Source: Tortispora ganteri (taxonomy: Eukaryota). From it: a stretch of 62,789 nucleotides of DNA. The stretch covers positions 1 to 62,789 of the forward strand of contig PPNB01000034.1 of assembly GCA_003707115.1 (NCBI GenBank). The letters are read 5' to 3'. This document shows positions 1 to 11,308 of this stretch, in pieces. The notes under the pieces were generated by a model. That model did no database searches. It was given only the letters and a program-made list of their open reading frames with translations, and was not told the origin of the DNA. A program made the position numbers and the translations under genes. How positions within the stretch are numbered: position 1 is the stretch's first letter; every line of letters begins with the position of its first letter.

Positions 1-144
1 GCTACGGGAATTCCTACGGCAATTATTATTGGCAAACAATATGCCGATACAGGGTTGATCGAAATAGAAAAACGATCCGACGGATCAAAATTGAGCTCTA
101 CACTTGACGACCTCGCCTCGGTCGTACGGTCAAGTCTTGCTTGA
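1..144 (+). CDS. 3' end of a class IIa aminoacyl-tRNA synthetase (anticodon-binding domain), probably mitochondrial prolyl-tRNA synthetase; 5'-truncated
   Basis: Frame 1 reads ATGIPTAIIIGKQYADTGLIEIEKRSDGSKLSSTLDDLASVVRSSLA* (TGA 142-144). The GIP-x-IIIGK...G-x-IEI-x-x-R pattern is typical of the HGTP anticodon-binding domain. Confidence 0.6.
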   Translation, partial: ATGIPTAIIIGKQYADTGLIEIEKRSDGSKLSSTLDDLASVVRSSLA

Positions 145-250
145 AATATATGCTCTACACTAGTTGTACATTGTACCGGTTTTGCGTTTGCTTGAGTTAC
201 ATTACATCATTTAATTGTAATTCATGATAGGCTAAGCGATATTGACTCGG

Positions 251-1210
251 TTATGTGGCTCTACGCACGAGCTCTTCGTATATACACCATGCTATGCCAC
301 TCGATAGCATTTTACGGCCCATTCTGAGACCGAGTCCATCAAAGAATGACCGTACACCGTCCTCTTTTAGCATGAGCACTGCTGACTGAAAGAAATGAGA
401 ATACTTATTCGGTTCAAGCTGTATGCGTGTCTTTATAGCGTCGAAAGGATTGGCGAATGTGGTAGCCAGTGCTGCCGCCAGCGCAGCGGCAGTATAATTG
501 ACAAACGCCGCAGTCTTTGGAGGCAGCAGCGTATCTGTTTCAGTCTCTGGTAATGGCTGTGCGCCGTACATAACAGCGGGGATCAATGTCTTGAGCTTCT
601 CATAGAACATGATATATAGGCCGGCATTTGGCGCGTCTCTTACTGTTGTGACACCGTATCCTTTGTAGAAGCCGCTGATGCCGTTTGTATTGTAAATATG
701 GACAATACAGTCAGAAATAGATTTGTATGTGAAAAGTGAGGACTCAAAGTGAACTTTTACTACTGTGATAGGCATAGTAAGCAGTCCTGCTACGGACCGC
801 GCAAACGCGCCTGCGACGAGATTGGCCTGACTAGATAGTTTTGGCAAAACCGAAGATGATTTGTCTGTGCTTATTTCGTTGGATGTATTTACAATGGGCG
901 TCTTTAGCATGTGGTCACGGATAGAGCTTAGACAAGCAAAGTAGAAACCTGCACCAATAGATGTACGGGCAGCAGAAGGAATTGTACCACGCCACAGCTC
1001 TATTGGTGAGCTCATTTTGCATATTTCAGCCCTTATTGATGACTTATTACCCTGTTGAAGTCTAGTTTTAAGCAGATCAAGCGGTTGCAAGGTTACCGCA
1101 GATAACAGACCCGATGTGAAGCCTGCAGTCATATGTGCCATCGGCGAGGGTCGTTTTGCCACCGGGCCTCTAGAAGGACATCCTACTGATGCTCTATCAG
1201 GATTAGACAT
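251..1210 (-). CDS. HEM25: Mitochondrial carrier, glycine transporter (SLC25A38/Hem25-like)
   Basis: Three carrier signatures (QPLDLLKTRLQ, MPITVVKVHFES, NPFDAIKTRIQ) plus LWRGTIPS and RDAP motifs; first ATG at 1210. Confidence 0.85.
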   Translation of the reverse strand: MSNPDRASVGCPSRGPVAKRPSPMAHMTAGFTSGLLSAVTLQPLDLLKTRLQQGNKSSIRAEICKMSSPIELWRGTIPSAARTSIGAGFYFACLSSIRDHMLKTPIVNTSNEISTDKSSSVLPKLSSQANLVAGAFARSVAGLLTMPITVVKVHFESSLFTYKSISDCIVHIYNTNGISGFYKGYGVTTVRDAPNAGLYIMFYEKLKTLIPAVMYGAQPLPETETDTLLPPKTAAFVNYTAAALAAALATTFANPFDAIKTRIQLEPNKYSHFFQSAVLMLKEDGVRSFFDGLGLRMGRKMLSSGIAWCIYEELVRRAT

Positions 1211-1533
1211 GATAAAAGAGCAGCGCGGAGACAGCGCATGCAGTTCAATCGGGGGCAAGTGTGATGGGTGGGGTTAGGTGAAGGAAGGAGCATTGTACAG
1301 AGATAAATACAAATACGACAATTAGTAGTAAGAAAATGACATTATTGCATTATGTCAGGGCGTTAAAGTAACAACGACACCCCAGTCGTTGAAGGATAAT
1401 CGGAGTGGAATTGAACGTTACAAGGCTAGTTGTGTTGTTGAGGCGTCGAAGAGAGAAATATTCGTAGAAACAAAGAGAAAGGAGAGAAATTAAGATCGAA
1501 ATTCCTCAGACAGTCTCTTCGGAGCTAAGAAAT

Positions 1534-2103
1534 CTATTCATCAACAACAACATTAGTTCGCTCAGAGACGTAGATACCGTCAAGGAACTTACGGATATCC
1601 TTGTTGCGGACACGGCAAATTTGCTGAATATCAGCAGCGGACTGAGAGACATCCTCGAGGGAGTTTCCGGAGAGTATCAACTCGTCCTTTTGAGCAGTAG
1701 AAGTTTCGACCTTTACGCCGTCGCGAATAGGGATGCGGAGAACAACTTTTTGACCCAAGAAGTTGCGGATTTCAACGACTTTTCCACCGTCAACCATGTT
1801 CACGTTAATGGGGAAATGGGCGTAGACATAACGCATCTTGTAGAGGTAACCCTTGGTGACACCAGTGATCAAGTTGTCAATAAGAGACTTGACTGTTCTA
1901 AGTGTGGCAACGTGCTTCTTGTCACCGTGGAAAACGGTGATGCGAATAGCTGAATCGCTAATTTTGTAGAAGGAGACATTAATGTGTCCAAGGTTCTTGG
2001 TGAGAGAACCGCGGGGTCCAGTAACGGTAACAGTGCGCGACTTAATGGACACAGTGACACCTTCGGGAATTTGGAGTATTTGATCGGCCTGGATAAACTT
2101 CAT
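1534..2103 (-). CDS. RPL9: 60S ribosomal protein L9 (uL6)
   Basis: Reads MKFIQADQILQIPEGV...YKMRYVYAHFPINVN...KDIRKFLDGIYVSE; ATG at 2103, 189 aa. Confidence 0.97.
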   Translation of the reverse strand: MKFIQADQILQIPEGVTVSIKSRTVTVTGPRGSLTKNLGHINVSFYKISDSAIRITVFHGDKKHVATLRTVKSLIDNLITGVTKGYLYKMRYVYAHFPINVNMVDGGKVVEIRNFLGQKVVLRIPIRDGVKVETSTAQKDELILSGNSLEDVSQSAADIQQICRVRNKDIRKFLDGIYVSERTNVVVDE

Positions 2104-2412
2104 TGTTGTTTGTGAAGGATATGAAGTAAGGTGAAAGACAGAGTATTCCTTAGACTGGGTAGAGATATGTGCCTGTTGGTTTGGGAGTAGTGTTTGCGTA
2201 CTTTCCAATAAAACAGTCACGGTAGGGTTTGAAATTATTCTCAATAAGCTTATGTTGCTGTTGTTGTTATAACAACCATTATCCAATCAAAATCTTGGGA
2301 ATCCAAGCATATGTGCCTAACCAGGAATCCACCAAGCGAACAAATTGATTGCTTACTTTACTTGGCTGTTTCTTCTTAAGAGCTAATATTATTTAAAGCA
2401 AAGCTCAAAGAA

Positions 2413-3144
2413 ATGAGACGATTTATCAGCTATGGAAGCCATATTACCGCTACTGGTAGCCGCACCAAATGCCGGTGGCTCACTACTAGTTCTGCGATTA
2501 GAGCTGCTGCATCGACTCATGGTAGCAGCAGCAGCGGTTCTCCTGGTTTCCAGAAATTCAATCTCATCAGAGAATTAGAGCTCCGAAAGCGACTTGATGC
2601 CTTTCCTTCGGGATCAGAGCTGTTCTACGATGCTGAAGGTCACATGAAACAACCTGACGACGCGCAATTGAAGGAAGCTGCTGAACTAGCAGTTATATCG
2701 CGAGAGTCTCGCGTTACGATATGGGATTTCTTGAAACTTACTGACGAACAACGAGAACTGTATTTTCGTAACAGCCAAGACCTGCAGCAGTACTACAATT
2801 CCGGTCGCGAGGTTCTGGACAAGATCCCAACTGTTGATCCTGATACCGGTGCAGTTACATGGCGGGTCGTTAGAAAGGGAGATAAAGAGTCGTGGGAGAA
2901 GTTATGGTACTACGGATACGTTCCTATTGTTGCATTTATGGCGTTGATTTACATGTTTAAGGAAGATTCATCTGTTGGACAATGGGCAGTGGATGAGCTT
3001 CGTCTTCGCGCTGCTGAGAATACCGCAGAGAACGACGAGGCTTTGGCTTCGATGACGGATGCCGAGCGCAAACGCCGAGACGCATTGGTAGTCGAAAGAA
3101 TCTTGAGTGGTGATTACGAAAAACTAACGGGAACGAAGTATTAA
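2413..3144 (+). CDS. Complex I accessory subunit ESSS/NDUFB11 (NESM-like)
   Basis: Arg/Ser/Thr-rich mitochondrial presequence. The C-terminal WEKLWYYGY-TM-FKEDSSVGQWAVDELRLR matches the ESSS pattern WE..W..G-TM-KPD.S...WA..E...R. Confidence 0.7.
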   Translation: MRRFISYGSHITATGSRTKCRWLTTSSAIRAAASTHGSSSSGSPGFQKFNLIRELELRKRLDAFPSGSELFYDAEGHMKQPDDAQLKEAAELAVISRESRVTIWDFLKLTDEQRELYFRNSQDLQQYYNSGREVLDKIPTVDPDTGAVTWRVVRKGDKESWEKLWYYGYVPIVAFMALIYMFKEDSSVGQWAVDELRLRAAENTAENDEALASMTDAERKRRDALVVERILSGDYEKLTGTKY

Positions 3145-3476
3145 AGCCGAAACCAAGCGCGTACCCAAAGAGTGGCCTCTTAATAGACGCCGTAGAGAAC
3201 AAAGAGGCAGATAGCTGACTGAAAGTTTCGTACTACACTTGTTCCCTGCGATGCTCGCCACATTACGATTAGACTGACATAAATGTGTGCATATGTTCCA
3301 TATAGCCGGTTCTCAATAATATTATTATAACAATAGTTTGGTGAACTCTTTAACCGCAAGGAAGTGTCACTAACCGAAAAATAGAGTTTAAAAATGTTAC
3401 CTAAATTTCTCTCCGGCTAACGGCACACCCCCCTCGATCTTTTCCTGGTCTATTTTTCCGCCTTCTGCCGCAAGAG

Positions 3477-3484
3477 TGACTCAT
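3477..3484 (+). promoter_or_regulatory. Gcn4/AP-1 site TGACTCAT upstream of BAT1
   Basis: Exact TGACTCAT about 65 bp upstream of the BAT1 ATG, followed by TATA-like TATTTATAAA at 3491-3500. Confidence 0.6.
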
Positions 3485-3547
3485 AACGTCTATTTATAAA
3501 GACGATCACCTTGTAGATCATTTAGTTGATATTCTTACAAGTTCACA

Positions 3548-4714
3548 ATGTTCAGATTTAAAACTAATAGCTTATGTTCAAGTAGTCTTGGAAAACGCGG
3601 TCTTGCCGATCTTTCGGCCGCGGCTCTCCAGATCACCCGCACAAAGTCGCCAAAGAAGAAACTACCAAAAGACCAGCTCGATTTCGGCCGTACTTTTATC
3701 GATCATATGCTCAAAATTAACTGGAACTCTACTGACGGTTGGCAGGCTCCACAAATAGAACCACACGGTCCGCTCGTCCTCGACCCTTCTGCGGCAGTGT
3801 TCCACTATGCTTTCGAATGCTTTGAAGGATTAAAGGCCTATCGCGCCATTGATGGATCGCTGCGTCTTTTCCGCCCAGACAAAAACATGGCCCGTCTTAA
3901 TAAATCGTCTACGCGCATCGCCCTACCCTCTTTCAACGGTCAAGAACTCATCAAGCTCATCGGTGAGCTCGTCAAACTCGACCAGGATTGGATACCCGAA
4001 GGACAGGGGTACTCGCTTTATCTGCGGCCCAACATGATTGGTACTGAGGCCGCTCTTGGTGTCCACAAGCCCAACGACGCTATGCTTTACGTGATCGCCT
4101 CGCCTGTAGGACCCTACTATAAGACAGGTTTCAAAGCGGTCCGTCTCGAAGCCACCGACAACGTCGTGCGAGCCTGGCCAGGGGGTGTCGGCGACAAGAA
4201 ATTGGGCGCTAACTATGCCCCCTGTATTGTTCCCCAGGCTGACGCAGAGAAACGCGGATTTCAACAAAACCTGTGGATTTTTGGTCCAGAGAAACATATC
4301 ACTGAAGTCGGCACTATGAATGCCTTCTTTGTCGTCAAAGACAAGTCTACAGGCAAGAACGAGCTCATCACTGCCCCGCTCGACGGCACTATCCTTGAAG
4401 GTGTCACTAGAGATTCTATCCTTGCTCTCGCCCGCGAACGACTGAGCGCCGACGAATGGATCGTTTCAGAGCGTTACGCCAGCATCCTAGACATTGCAGA
4501 AGCTGCCCAAGAGGGACGATTGGTTGAAGCCTTTGGTGCAGGCACTGCTGCAGTTGTTTCTCCTATCAAGTATATTGAGTACCACGGCCAGGGCATTAAT
4601 ATCCCCCTGCAAGAAGGAAAAGAAGCGGGAAAATTGACTGAAACTATCCTCAAATGGATCACTGACATCCAATACGGCATCGAAGAGCACCCTTGGTCTG
4701 TTCGCATTAACTAG
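3548..4714 (+). CDS. BAT1: Branched-chain amino acid aminotransferase, mitochondrial
   Basis: FHYAFECFEGLKAY, KLGANYAP (PLP lysine), TEVGTMN, ILEGVTRDS and EAFGAGTAAVVSP motifs; N-terminal presequence. Confidence 0.95.
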   Translation: MFRFKTNSLCSSSLGKRGLADLSAAALQITRTKSPKKKLPKDQLDFGRTFIDHMLKINWNSTDGWQAPQIEPHGPLVLDPSAAVFHYAFECFEGLKAYRAIDGSLRLFRPDKNMARLNKSSTRIALPSFNGQELIKLIGELVKLDQDWIPEGQGYSLYLRPNMIGTEAALGVHKPNDAMLYVIASPVGPYYKTGFKAVRLEATDNVVRAWPGGVGDKKLGANYAPCIVPQADAEKRGFQQNLWIFGPEKHITEVGTMNAFFVVKDKSTGKNELITAPLDGTILEGVTRDSILALARERLSADEWIVSERYASILDIAEAAQEGRLVEAFGAGTAAVVSPIKYIEYHGQGINIPLQEGKEAGKLTETILKWITDIQYGIEEHPWSVRIN

Positions 4715-4858
4715 GATGCAAAGACATCAGACCAAAAGAAAAAAAAAATAAAATAAGAAAAAATAAAATACGACCAAAATGTCTCGAATTACATTAGTGG
4801 GTAGTATACCTAAAAAAGCAGATATAGCTATTTATATATTCATTCTCGTATAACGGGT

Positions 4859-5998
4859 CTAAGGCACGGTTATCGTATATAGCACAAAAGGCTCGTAATC
4901 AGAGTCAGCAAGTGCAGCAAAGTCGTTCAAGCCCTGATCAGAACGAATTTTACCCTTTTTGTCCCATGCAAACGCGTTACCGCCAAGATAGCCATACTGT
5001 GTAATCAAGGTGTTTCTGATTTTACCCTCGTTCTTAGACGGAACAGGGATTATGAATGTAGAGAAATCTGGCGGGAGGCCGTAGCGCAGGACCGCTTCAA
5101 CAAAAGTACGCAATACTTTTAAATGAATCCAGCTGACGAACATGTCAGAGTAGGCAGATCTAGCAAGAAGCGCCACTTCGTTCCACAAGCTGCGTTCGGT
5201 GTCAATAGCGGCAGAAAGCTCCTGACGTTCTCTCTCTGCGGCATCAGGCGTGTATCTGTATTCTCTAGGAGTCCATTTGGCCTGTCGGGCCGCATTAATG
5301 AACTGCGGTAAGAACTTACGGAAAACGGTGACTGAGTATAGGACGAAATCGGAGTCTTTAGCTATCTCAATAGCGCTTCTAGGAACAACCATTTCAGAGA
5401 TAGTTTCGTATTCTGCCTCAAAGTCCTTTTGCAGGGACACAGGCACTGCAACGAGCGTGGACACGAGATACTCGGTATCGACTACGTGTTCAGGTTTGAT
5501 GAGGTCGTAGAGCGACTTAGTAGAGAGGTTACCCTGTTCTCTTCTTTCGACAGCCTGCAATGCAGATTTAGCAGATGAGTATGAAGAGGTGAGTTGTTTG
5601 AGCTCAGAGTCAAGCGATTGAATATCATGAGATATGTTCGCGGCGAGCTGTGCGATAGCGAGGTCGGTTCTGTATTTTGCATTCCATTTAAAACTAAGGA
5701 GGAATTTTTCCGGGGTACGATCATCTACGCGTTTCGTAGACTCGAGTTCTGACTCACTGTAAACCATTCTTAATGCATCTGCAGCTTTTTGAACGGAGTT
5801 AAAGGCAGCTGTGTCAAATTTTGCTATATCTTCACTCTGTTGTACCAGTGTATCTAGAGCGCCGATCGGGAACGTGGGCACTGTCACCGGTACGGGGCTC
5901 CTAGAAGTGAGCGGTTCAAGTTGCCGCTTCAATTGCGCATCAATTTCTGATGAATCGCCAACTGACGACGGTAGCGACACCAGTACATAAGATGTCAT
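4859..5998 (-). CDS. VMA5: V-ATPase V1 subunit C
   Basis: IGALDTLV, GNLSTKSL, MVVPRSA and FVEAVLRYGLPPDF motifs. Confidence 0.95.
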   Translation of the reverse strand: MTSYVLVSLPSSVGDSSEIDAQLKRQLEPLTSRSPVPVTVPTFPIGALDTLVQQSEDIAKFDTAAFNSVQKAADALRMVYSESELESTKRVDDRTPEKFLLSFKWNAKYRTDLAIAQLAANISHDIQSLDSELKQLTSSYSSAKSALQAVERREQGNLSTKSLYDLIKPEHVVDTEYLVSTLVAVPVSLQKDFEAEYETISEMVVPRSAIEIAKDSDFVLYSVTVFRKFLPQFINAARQAKWTPREYRYTPDAAERERQELSAAIDTERSLWNEVALLARSAYSDMFVSWIHLKVLRTFVEAVLRYGLPPDFSTFIIPVPSKNEGKIRNTLITQYGYLGGNAFAWDKKGKIRSDQGLNDFAALADSDYEPFVLYTITVP

Positions 5999-6114
5999 AG
6001 TTGTTGTATCTTCGCACGATTCGTGGCCTTCTATCTGCCGCTGGTGGGAGGAGAATATGGGTGCCAGGTTGGGTAAAACAACATTAGGGGGGAAAGTTGT
6101 TGCGCCAGTAATTA

Positions 6115-6123
6115 GTCACGTGA
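6115..6123. promoter_or_regulatory. bHLH E-box GTCACGTGA (Cbf1-type) upstream of VMA5
   Basis: Palindromic TCACGTGA about 120 bp upstream of the VMA5 ATG. Confidence 0.4.
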
Positions 6124-6940
6124 TACAGGTCAAACTTGTACAGACTATGATGGTCAAAGAGACCGCACGTTTAGCTGCTGAATGTTGGAACGTTTGGTTA
6201 AATATTATCATAATGGTGTTGGTAGTAAAAGAGTTGTTTTAAGCGAATTGCAGGCAAGGGACATGTGATTTTGCCAGGTGACGGCGAGTGGGTCGCAACC
6301 TTGTGATCATGTGGTGTTCGAGCTATTGTCAGGGGGTATATGTCAATGTGGGTAGCTAGAGCGGCAGTTATGTGAAGTATAAGTAGATCATTATTGGATT
6401 TTAGCTTGAATAGTGTTTAAAATGTCATTGATATGGTTTGGTGGTGATAAAAAACGTATGGTAGTGAGATAGCGCAGAACTGTGCGAATGAAGATAAAAC
6501 AATATGAAAAGTTTATTTCTTGATTAGGAAAGCCGTTGGAACGTACTCTTTATTTAGGGCTGTGTCAGATACGCCAAGTTTGGTTTGTAGAAGCAAAACG
6601 GCAAGAATAGTCTGAGATAATTGGCCTACTAGAATAATAATAAGTATACAAAAAGATAAGAAAGGATTGACAGATAAGTAGTTGTGTATAGTTTTACTTG
6701 AGGTTGTGAAGGGGCTTAATTGTAGGAACGAGTGGTATTCGTTTAAGGGTGTATGGATGATTACACATTACTACTAATTAATGTGCTACATATGATTGAT
6801 ATTTGATAAATAAAATATAATATATTATTTAAAAATATAATAATTGTCCTTCTACGATATCTGATTATTGAGAAGAAGGTCAGATTAAGAAGATAGATAG
6901 CGCGTTACAGGCTGGGAAAGTGGGGCCGCGCTAAGGTTAT

Positions 6941-6946
6941 GAGGCT
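6941..6946 (+). promoter_or_regulatory. Candidate calcineurin-dependent response element (GAGGCT) upstream of PMC1
   Basis: GAGGCT about 230 bp upstream of the PMC1 ATG and just before TATATAAA (6963-6970). PMC1 is a known Crz1/Prz1 target in other fungi. Confidence 0.35.
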
Positions 6947-7174
6947 TAGCTCTTTTTGATGCTATATAAATTTTAAATATATTGCTCGCAATAAAAAGCG
7001 GGCGTTATACGAAGAATATATCTTTTAATAAATTGTTCAGATAGTAGGTGTTTTTAGTATAAACAAAATATTTACGTGATTGAAAAGGATATGCACCTAT
7101 TGCACTTGAAAGATCGATTTGTTTGATCCAATATAAAACTACTTTTAGCAGATTTGCAAAAGATTTAGAAAAAA

Positions 7175-10100
7175 ATGGCACGAAATTTGCCAAAAATTAC
7201 TGTCGAAACAGGTTTCGTAGAATTAGAAACCGAAACTGAAAATAATGATACTTTATATGACTATTCCTCTTCAGCTAGTGCTACTGGTCCATCAGAGAAA
7301 TCGCCCTCTTTCGCTTCATCTTCCTCAAACTCACCCTTAGACCTACACCATTTACATTCCCCTAAAGAACTCCTGACTCTTGATGGTAACAACCCTGCTG
7401 TTCGGGTAATTCACTCTAGTGGTGTTCTTGATACTATAGAAGGGAAATCTGCAAAGAAGAAATTAAAGAAACGCAAGAAATCAAGCAAACACAATGCAAC
7501 TGATGAATCTGGACCATCTACCGACGAAATCGCTCACATAGCTCAACAACAACTAGACGATTCGCCATTTGCTCTGCACCCGTACCAGCTACGCAACCTT
7601 TTCGACCCAAAAAATGTCCATTTACTTGCATGTATCGGCATGCAAGGTCTTGCTACCGCTTTACGTACGGACCTAACATCCGGCCTCAAAACCGACGAAC
7701 TACTCAATGGCAAGGCTGACATGGTGATCCAGTCAGATGAAACAGTGCAGTGCACTATTAACAATAATCAAACATCTAGGGAGACTGTTGATTCATTCGA
7801 TGCCCGTAAACAGCTATACAGCTCAAACATACTGCCTGAAAGAAAACGCAAAACACTATTCAATTTTATGTGCTCTGCAATGGAAGACCCAATTTTGATC
7901 CTGCTTTCTGTAGTGGCGCTCATCTCTCTTGCACTTGGTCTCTACACCACTTTTGGCACACCTGACGAGTTCACAGAAGATGGCGTAAAGATCGCTAAAG
8001 TTGACTGGGTTGAAGGCGTTGCTATTATGGTCGCTGTCGTCATTGTAGTTCTCGTTACTTCTATCAATGACTTCCAGCGCGAAAGACAGTTTGTTAAGCT
8101 TAACCGCAAGAAGGAAGATAGGGTAATAAACGTGATCCGCAACGGCGCCGCCTGCCAGATAGGTATTGCTGAGCTGCTCGTCGGAGACATTATGTTGATC
8201 GAGCCCGGCGATCTTATTACTGCTGATGGTGTTATAATTTCTGGCCAGAATTTGCGGTTTGACGAGTCTTCCGCCACTGGTGAAAGCAACGCAGTCAAGA
8301 AAGTCACTGCAGATCATGCTATTGCATGTTATAGGGAAACCACTAAGCTCGGCTCATACAATAATAGTCTTGCTAAAATTGATCCCTTTGTTCTGTCTGG
8401 CTCCAAAAGCATACAAGGTACCGGACAGTTCTTAGTTACAGCTGTAGGCGTCAACTCGCTGCACGGCCAAACAATGATGTCTCTGCACGAAGACACCGAC
8501 CCCACTCCTTTGCAGAACAAACTCGTCAGGATTGCTGAAACAATAGCTAAATTTGGTTCTGCCGCGGCTATCTTGCTATTCATGGTCACATTCATCCGCT
8601 TTCTGGCGAACCTGCCCAACGACCACCGGCCGCCGTACCAGAAGGGCATGAACTTCATAGACATCGTCATCACAGCTATCACGTTAGTCGTCGTCGCCGT
8701 GCCTGAAGGTTTGCCGCTAGCGGTCACACTTGCTCTTGCATTTGCCACAGTTCGCATGCTTAAAGATAATAATCTAGTTAGGCAATTAAAAGCCTGCGAG
8801 ACAATGGGAAACGCTTCGGCTGTGTGCTCAGACAAGACAGGAACACTTACCCAGAATCAAATGACGGTAACTGCAGGATTGATCGGGTCAAAATTTAGTA
8901 TCGGCAAATCATGGGCCACCGATGCCGCCGTACCTTTAACAGAATTTGCAGACCGATTGAATAAAGCTGTTCGTGACCTGCTGTTTGTCTCAATTGTCTC
9001 TAACTGTTCGGCATTTGAAGAGGAAGGCGCAGATTCCGGATTTGTAGGCTCTAAGACCGAAACAGCACTGTTGTGCCTTGCACGCGATCATATGGGTATG
9101 TCGTCATTATCGGGTGAGAAAAGCAAGCTGGATATTGTTCAAATTTTGCCGTTTGACTCAGTACTGAAGTACATGGCTGTTGTTATTAAAACAGCGCCAA
9201 ACACATATCGTCTGTTTGTTAAAGGCGCTTCCGAAATTGTTCTGGACATGTGTAAGGATGTACTCTGCGACCCCGCCAATTCTTCAGATATTACATCTCT
9301 GTCTGACACTGATTATGCACTTGTCAGAGAGAAGATCAACGAATATTCGTCGAACTCGTTACGCACGATTTGCATAGGGTACAAAGACATCTTATCGAGG
9401 TCGTGGCCACCAGTTGGGTTCCCTGTTTCATCTGACGACAGCAGCAACGCCAACCTTGTCAGCTATCTTGCGTCTAAGCCATGCACGCTGATCGGACTTG
9501 TCGGAATTGAGGACCCGCTGCGTCCTGGTGTTGCCGAGTCAGTGGCCGCCTGCAAGCGCGCTGGTGTCACTGTCCGAATGGTCACGGGCGACTTTGTAAT
9601 GACAGCACGAGCGATTGCTAAAGATTGTGGTATATATGATCCTGTAAAAGACGCAGATAGCAGGTATTCTGTCATGGAAGGTCCAGTGTTTCGTGCGTTG
9701 CCGCAGGAGGAGTTACAAGAAGCAGTCAGGGAACTGCGAGTACTAGCACGTTCGAGCCCCTCAGACAAGCGAAAACTCGTAAAGACTCTGAAGGAGCAGC
9801 ACAATATTGTTGCCGTCACAGGAGATGGAACCAACGATGCACCTGCACTCAAGCTTGCAGATGTGGGTTTCTCTATGGGTATTGCAGGCACAGACGTTGC
9901 GAAAGAGGCCAGTGATATTATTTTGATGGACGACAACTTCTCGTCTATTGTCAAGGCGCTTTTATGGGGCCGTGCTGTGAATGATGCAGTGAAGAAGTTT
10001 CTACAGTTTCAACTAACAGTGAATATTACAGCAGTTATTTTGACTTTTGTTACTGCTGTAGCGTCGGCAGATGGCAAATCTGTTCTCACTGCAGTACAAC

Positions 10101-11308
10101 TTTTATGGGTAAACTTGATTATGGATACATTTGCCGCACTAGCTCTTGCGACTGACCCACCTTCCGAATCTATGTTGGACCGTCAGCCTGAACTTCGCAA
10201 TCAGTCTCTGATCTCTGTGAATATGTGGAAAATGATTATTGGCCAAGCTATTTACCAAGTCACAGTGACATTAGTTTTTCATTTCATCTCTTACGATGTA
10301 TGGGATGCTGACACCGGCCGCGAGAAGGCGACTCTGGATGCGATGGTGTTCAATATATTCGTGTGGATGCAGATTTTCAACATGCTCAATTCCCGCAGGT
10401 TGGACAGCAAATTGAACATTTTTGAGAACATAACTAAGAATAAGTACTTCTGGGCGATCTTACTTATAATTATTGGCGGTCAAATTCTGATTATGTTTGT
10501 AGGCGGTGCTGCTTTCTCTGTGCACCGCCAGACAGGCGCCGAATGGGGTGCGGCGATTATCTGCGGCGTGATCAGTATTCCAATTGGCGCGCTAATTCGT
10601 TTGTTCCCGAACAAATGGATTCCCACGACATTCATTGGTCACACTATGCATGGTATAATCAAAGTATTCCGCGCAATTTGCAGTGCTTTATCATTCTGGA
10701 AATGGTTCAAACGAGAACGGGATGATCCCTTAAATGGCGACATGGAGCATTTGGCTGAGAATAATAACGACGTTTACACTTCGGCTCAGGTATACAATCC
10801 TCTGGAGAACGTGCGTGAACAGCTTCTAATTCAGAAGATCCGTGGTGGGCGTCTGCGTGGACTTAATTTCAAAGAGAGAAGCCGGGTTATCTACTCACGA
10901 ATGAGATCAATGTCCAGCTTTTCGGGTTCTAGGTCATCTGTTTCGTCGCACGACGTCGGTTACAGCCCCAATGAGAAGATCGCACCGAAACTGTTCCAGG
11001 AAGGAGAGATGTTGTCACCTGCTACTGCGAAAAACATAAGTCTGTCGCCGACGTCGCCAAATACACAAACCTCTTGGCGATCTACGAACAACTCACCTGA
11101 TCAGCCGCCACTAAGCCCGAGGTCGCGCAGCCGCGACAATATCGGCAGCCGCAGGTCCTCAATAACGGCATCACTTGTACTCCCTGGTATTGTTGCTGGA
11201 TCGGTAGCAGGCTGGTCGCCCGAACTGCAGTCTGGGTCGCGTGCACGCAGCAGATCCAGTACTCGAGTGCAAACTGAGTCCTCCGACGACATACATGGCA
11301 ACAGCTGA
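7175..11308 (+). CDS. PMC1: P2B-type Ca2+-ATPase (vacuolar)
   Basis: DESSATGES, VPEGLPLAVT, CSDKTGTLT, VAVTGDGTNDAPAL and QLLWVNLIMDTFAALALATDPP motifs. Confidence 0.95.
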   Translation: MARNLPKITVETGFVELETETENNDTLYDYSSSASATGPSEKSPSFASSSSNSPLDLHHLHSPKELLTLDGNNPAVRVIHSSGVLDTIEGKSAKKKLKKRKKSSKHNATDESGPSTDEIAHIAQQQLDDSPFALHPYQLRNLFDPKNVHLLACIGMQGLATALRTDLTSGLKTDELLNGKADMVIQSDETVQCTINNNQTSRETVDSFDARKQLYSSNILPERKRKTLFNFMCSAMEDPILILLSVVALISLALGLYTTFGTPDEFTEDGVKIAKVDWVEGVAIMVAVVIVVLVTSINDFQRERQFVKLNRKKEDRVINVIRNGAACQIGIAELLVGDIMLIEPGDLITADGVIISGQNLRFDESSATGESNAVKKVTADHAIACYRETTKLGSYNNSLAKIDPFVLSGSKSIQGTGQFLVTAVGVNSLHGQTMMSLHEDTDPTPLQNKLVRIAETIAKFGSAAAILLFMVTFIRFLANLPNDHRPPYQKGMNFIDIVITAITLVVVAVPEGLPLAVTLALAFATVRMLKDNNLVRQLKACETMGNASAVCSDKTGTLTQNQMTVTAGLIGSKFSIGKSWATDAAVPLTEFADRLNKAVRDLLFVSIVSNCSAFEEEGADSGFVGSKTETALLCLARDHMGMSSLSGEKSKLDIVQILPFDSVLKYMAVVIKTAPNTYRLFVKGASEIVLDMCKDVLCDPANSSDITSLSDTDYALVREKINEYSSNSLRTICIGYKDILSRSWPPVGFPVSSDDSSNANLVSYLASKPCTLIGLVGIEDPLRPGVAESVAACKRAGVTVRMVTGDFVMTARAIAKDCGIYDPVKDADSRYSVMEGPVFRALPQEELQEAVRELRVLARSSPSDKRKLVKTLKEQHNIVAVTGDGTNDAPALKLADVGFSMGIAGTDVAKEASDIILMDDNFSSIVKALLWGRAVNDAVKKFLQFQLTVNITAVILTFVTAVASADGKSVLTAVQLLWVNLIMDTFAALALATDPPSESMLDRQPELRNQSLISVNMWKMIIGQAIYQVTVTLVFHFISYDVWDADTGREKATLDAMVFNIFVWMQIFNMLNSRRLDSKLNIFENITKNKYFWAILLIIIGGQILIMFVGGAAFSVHRQTGAEWGAAIICGVISIPIGALIRLFPNKWIPTTFIGHTMHGIIKVFRAICSALSFWKWFKRERDDPLNGDMEHLAENNNDVYTSAQVYNPLENVREQLLIQKIRGGRLRGLNFKERSRVIYSRMRSMSSFSGSRSSVSSHDVGYSPNEKIAPKLFQEGEMLSPATAKNISLSPTSPNTQTSWRSTNNSPDQPPLSPRSRSRDNIGSRRSSITASLVLPGIVAGSVAGWSPELQSGSRARSRSSTRVQTESSDDIHGNS

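Noticed and set aside
3413..3423. CCGGCTAACGG as a Leu3 site upstream of BAT1
   Set aside because: Spacing is CCG-N5-CGG rather than the canonical CCG-N4-CGG.
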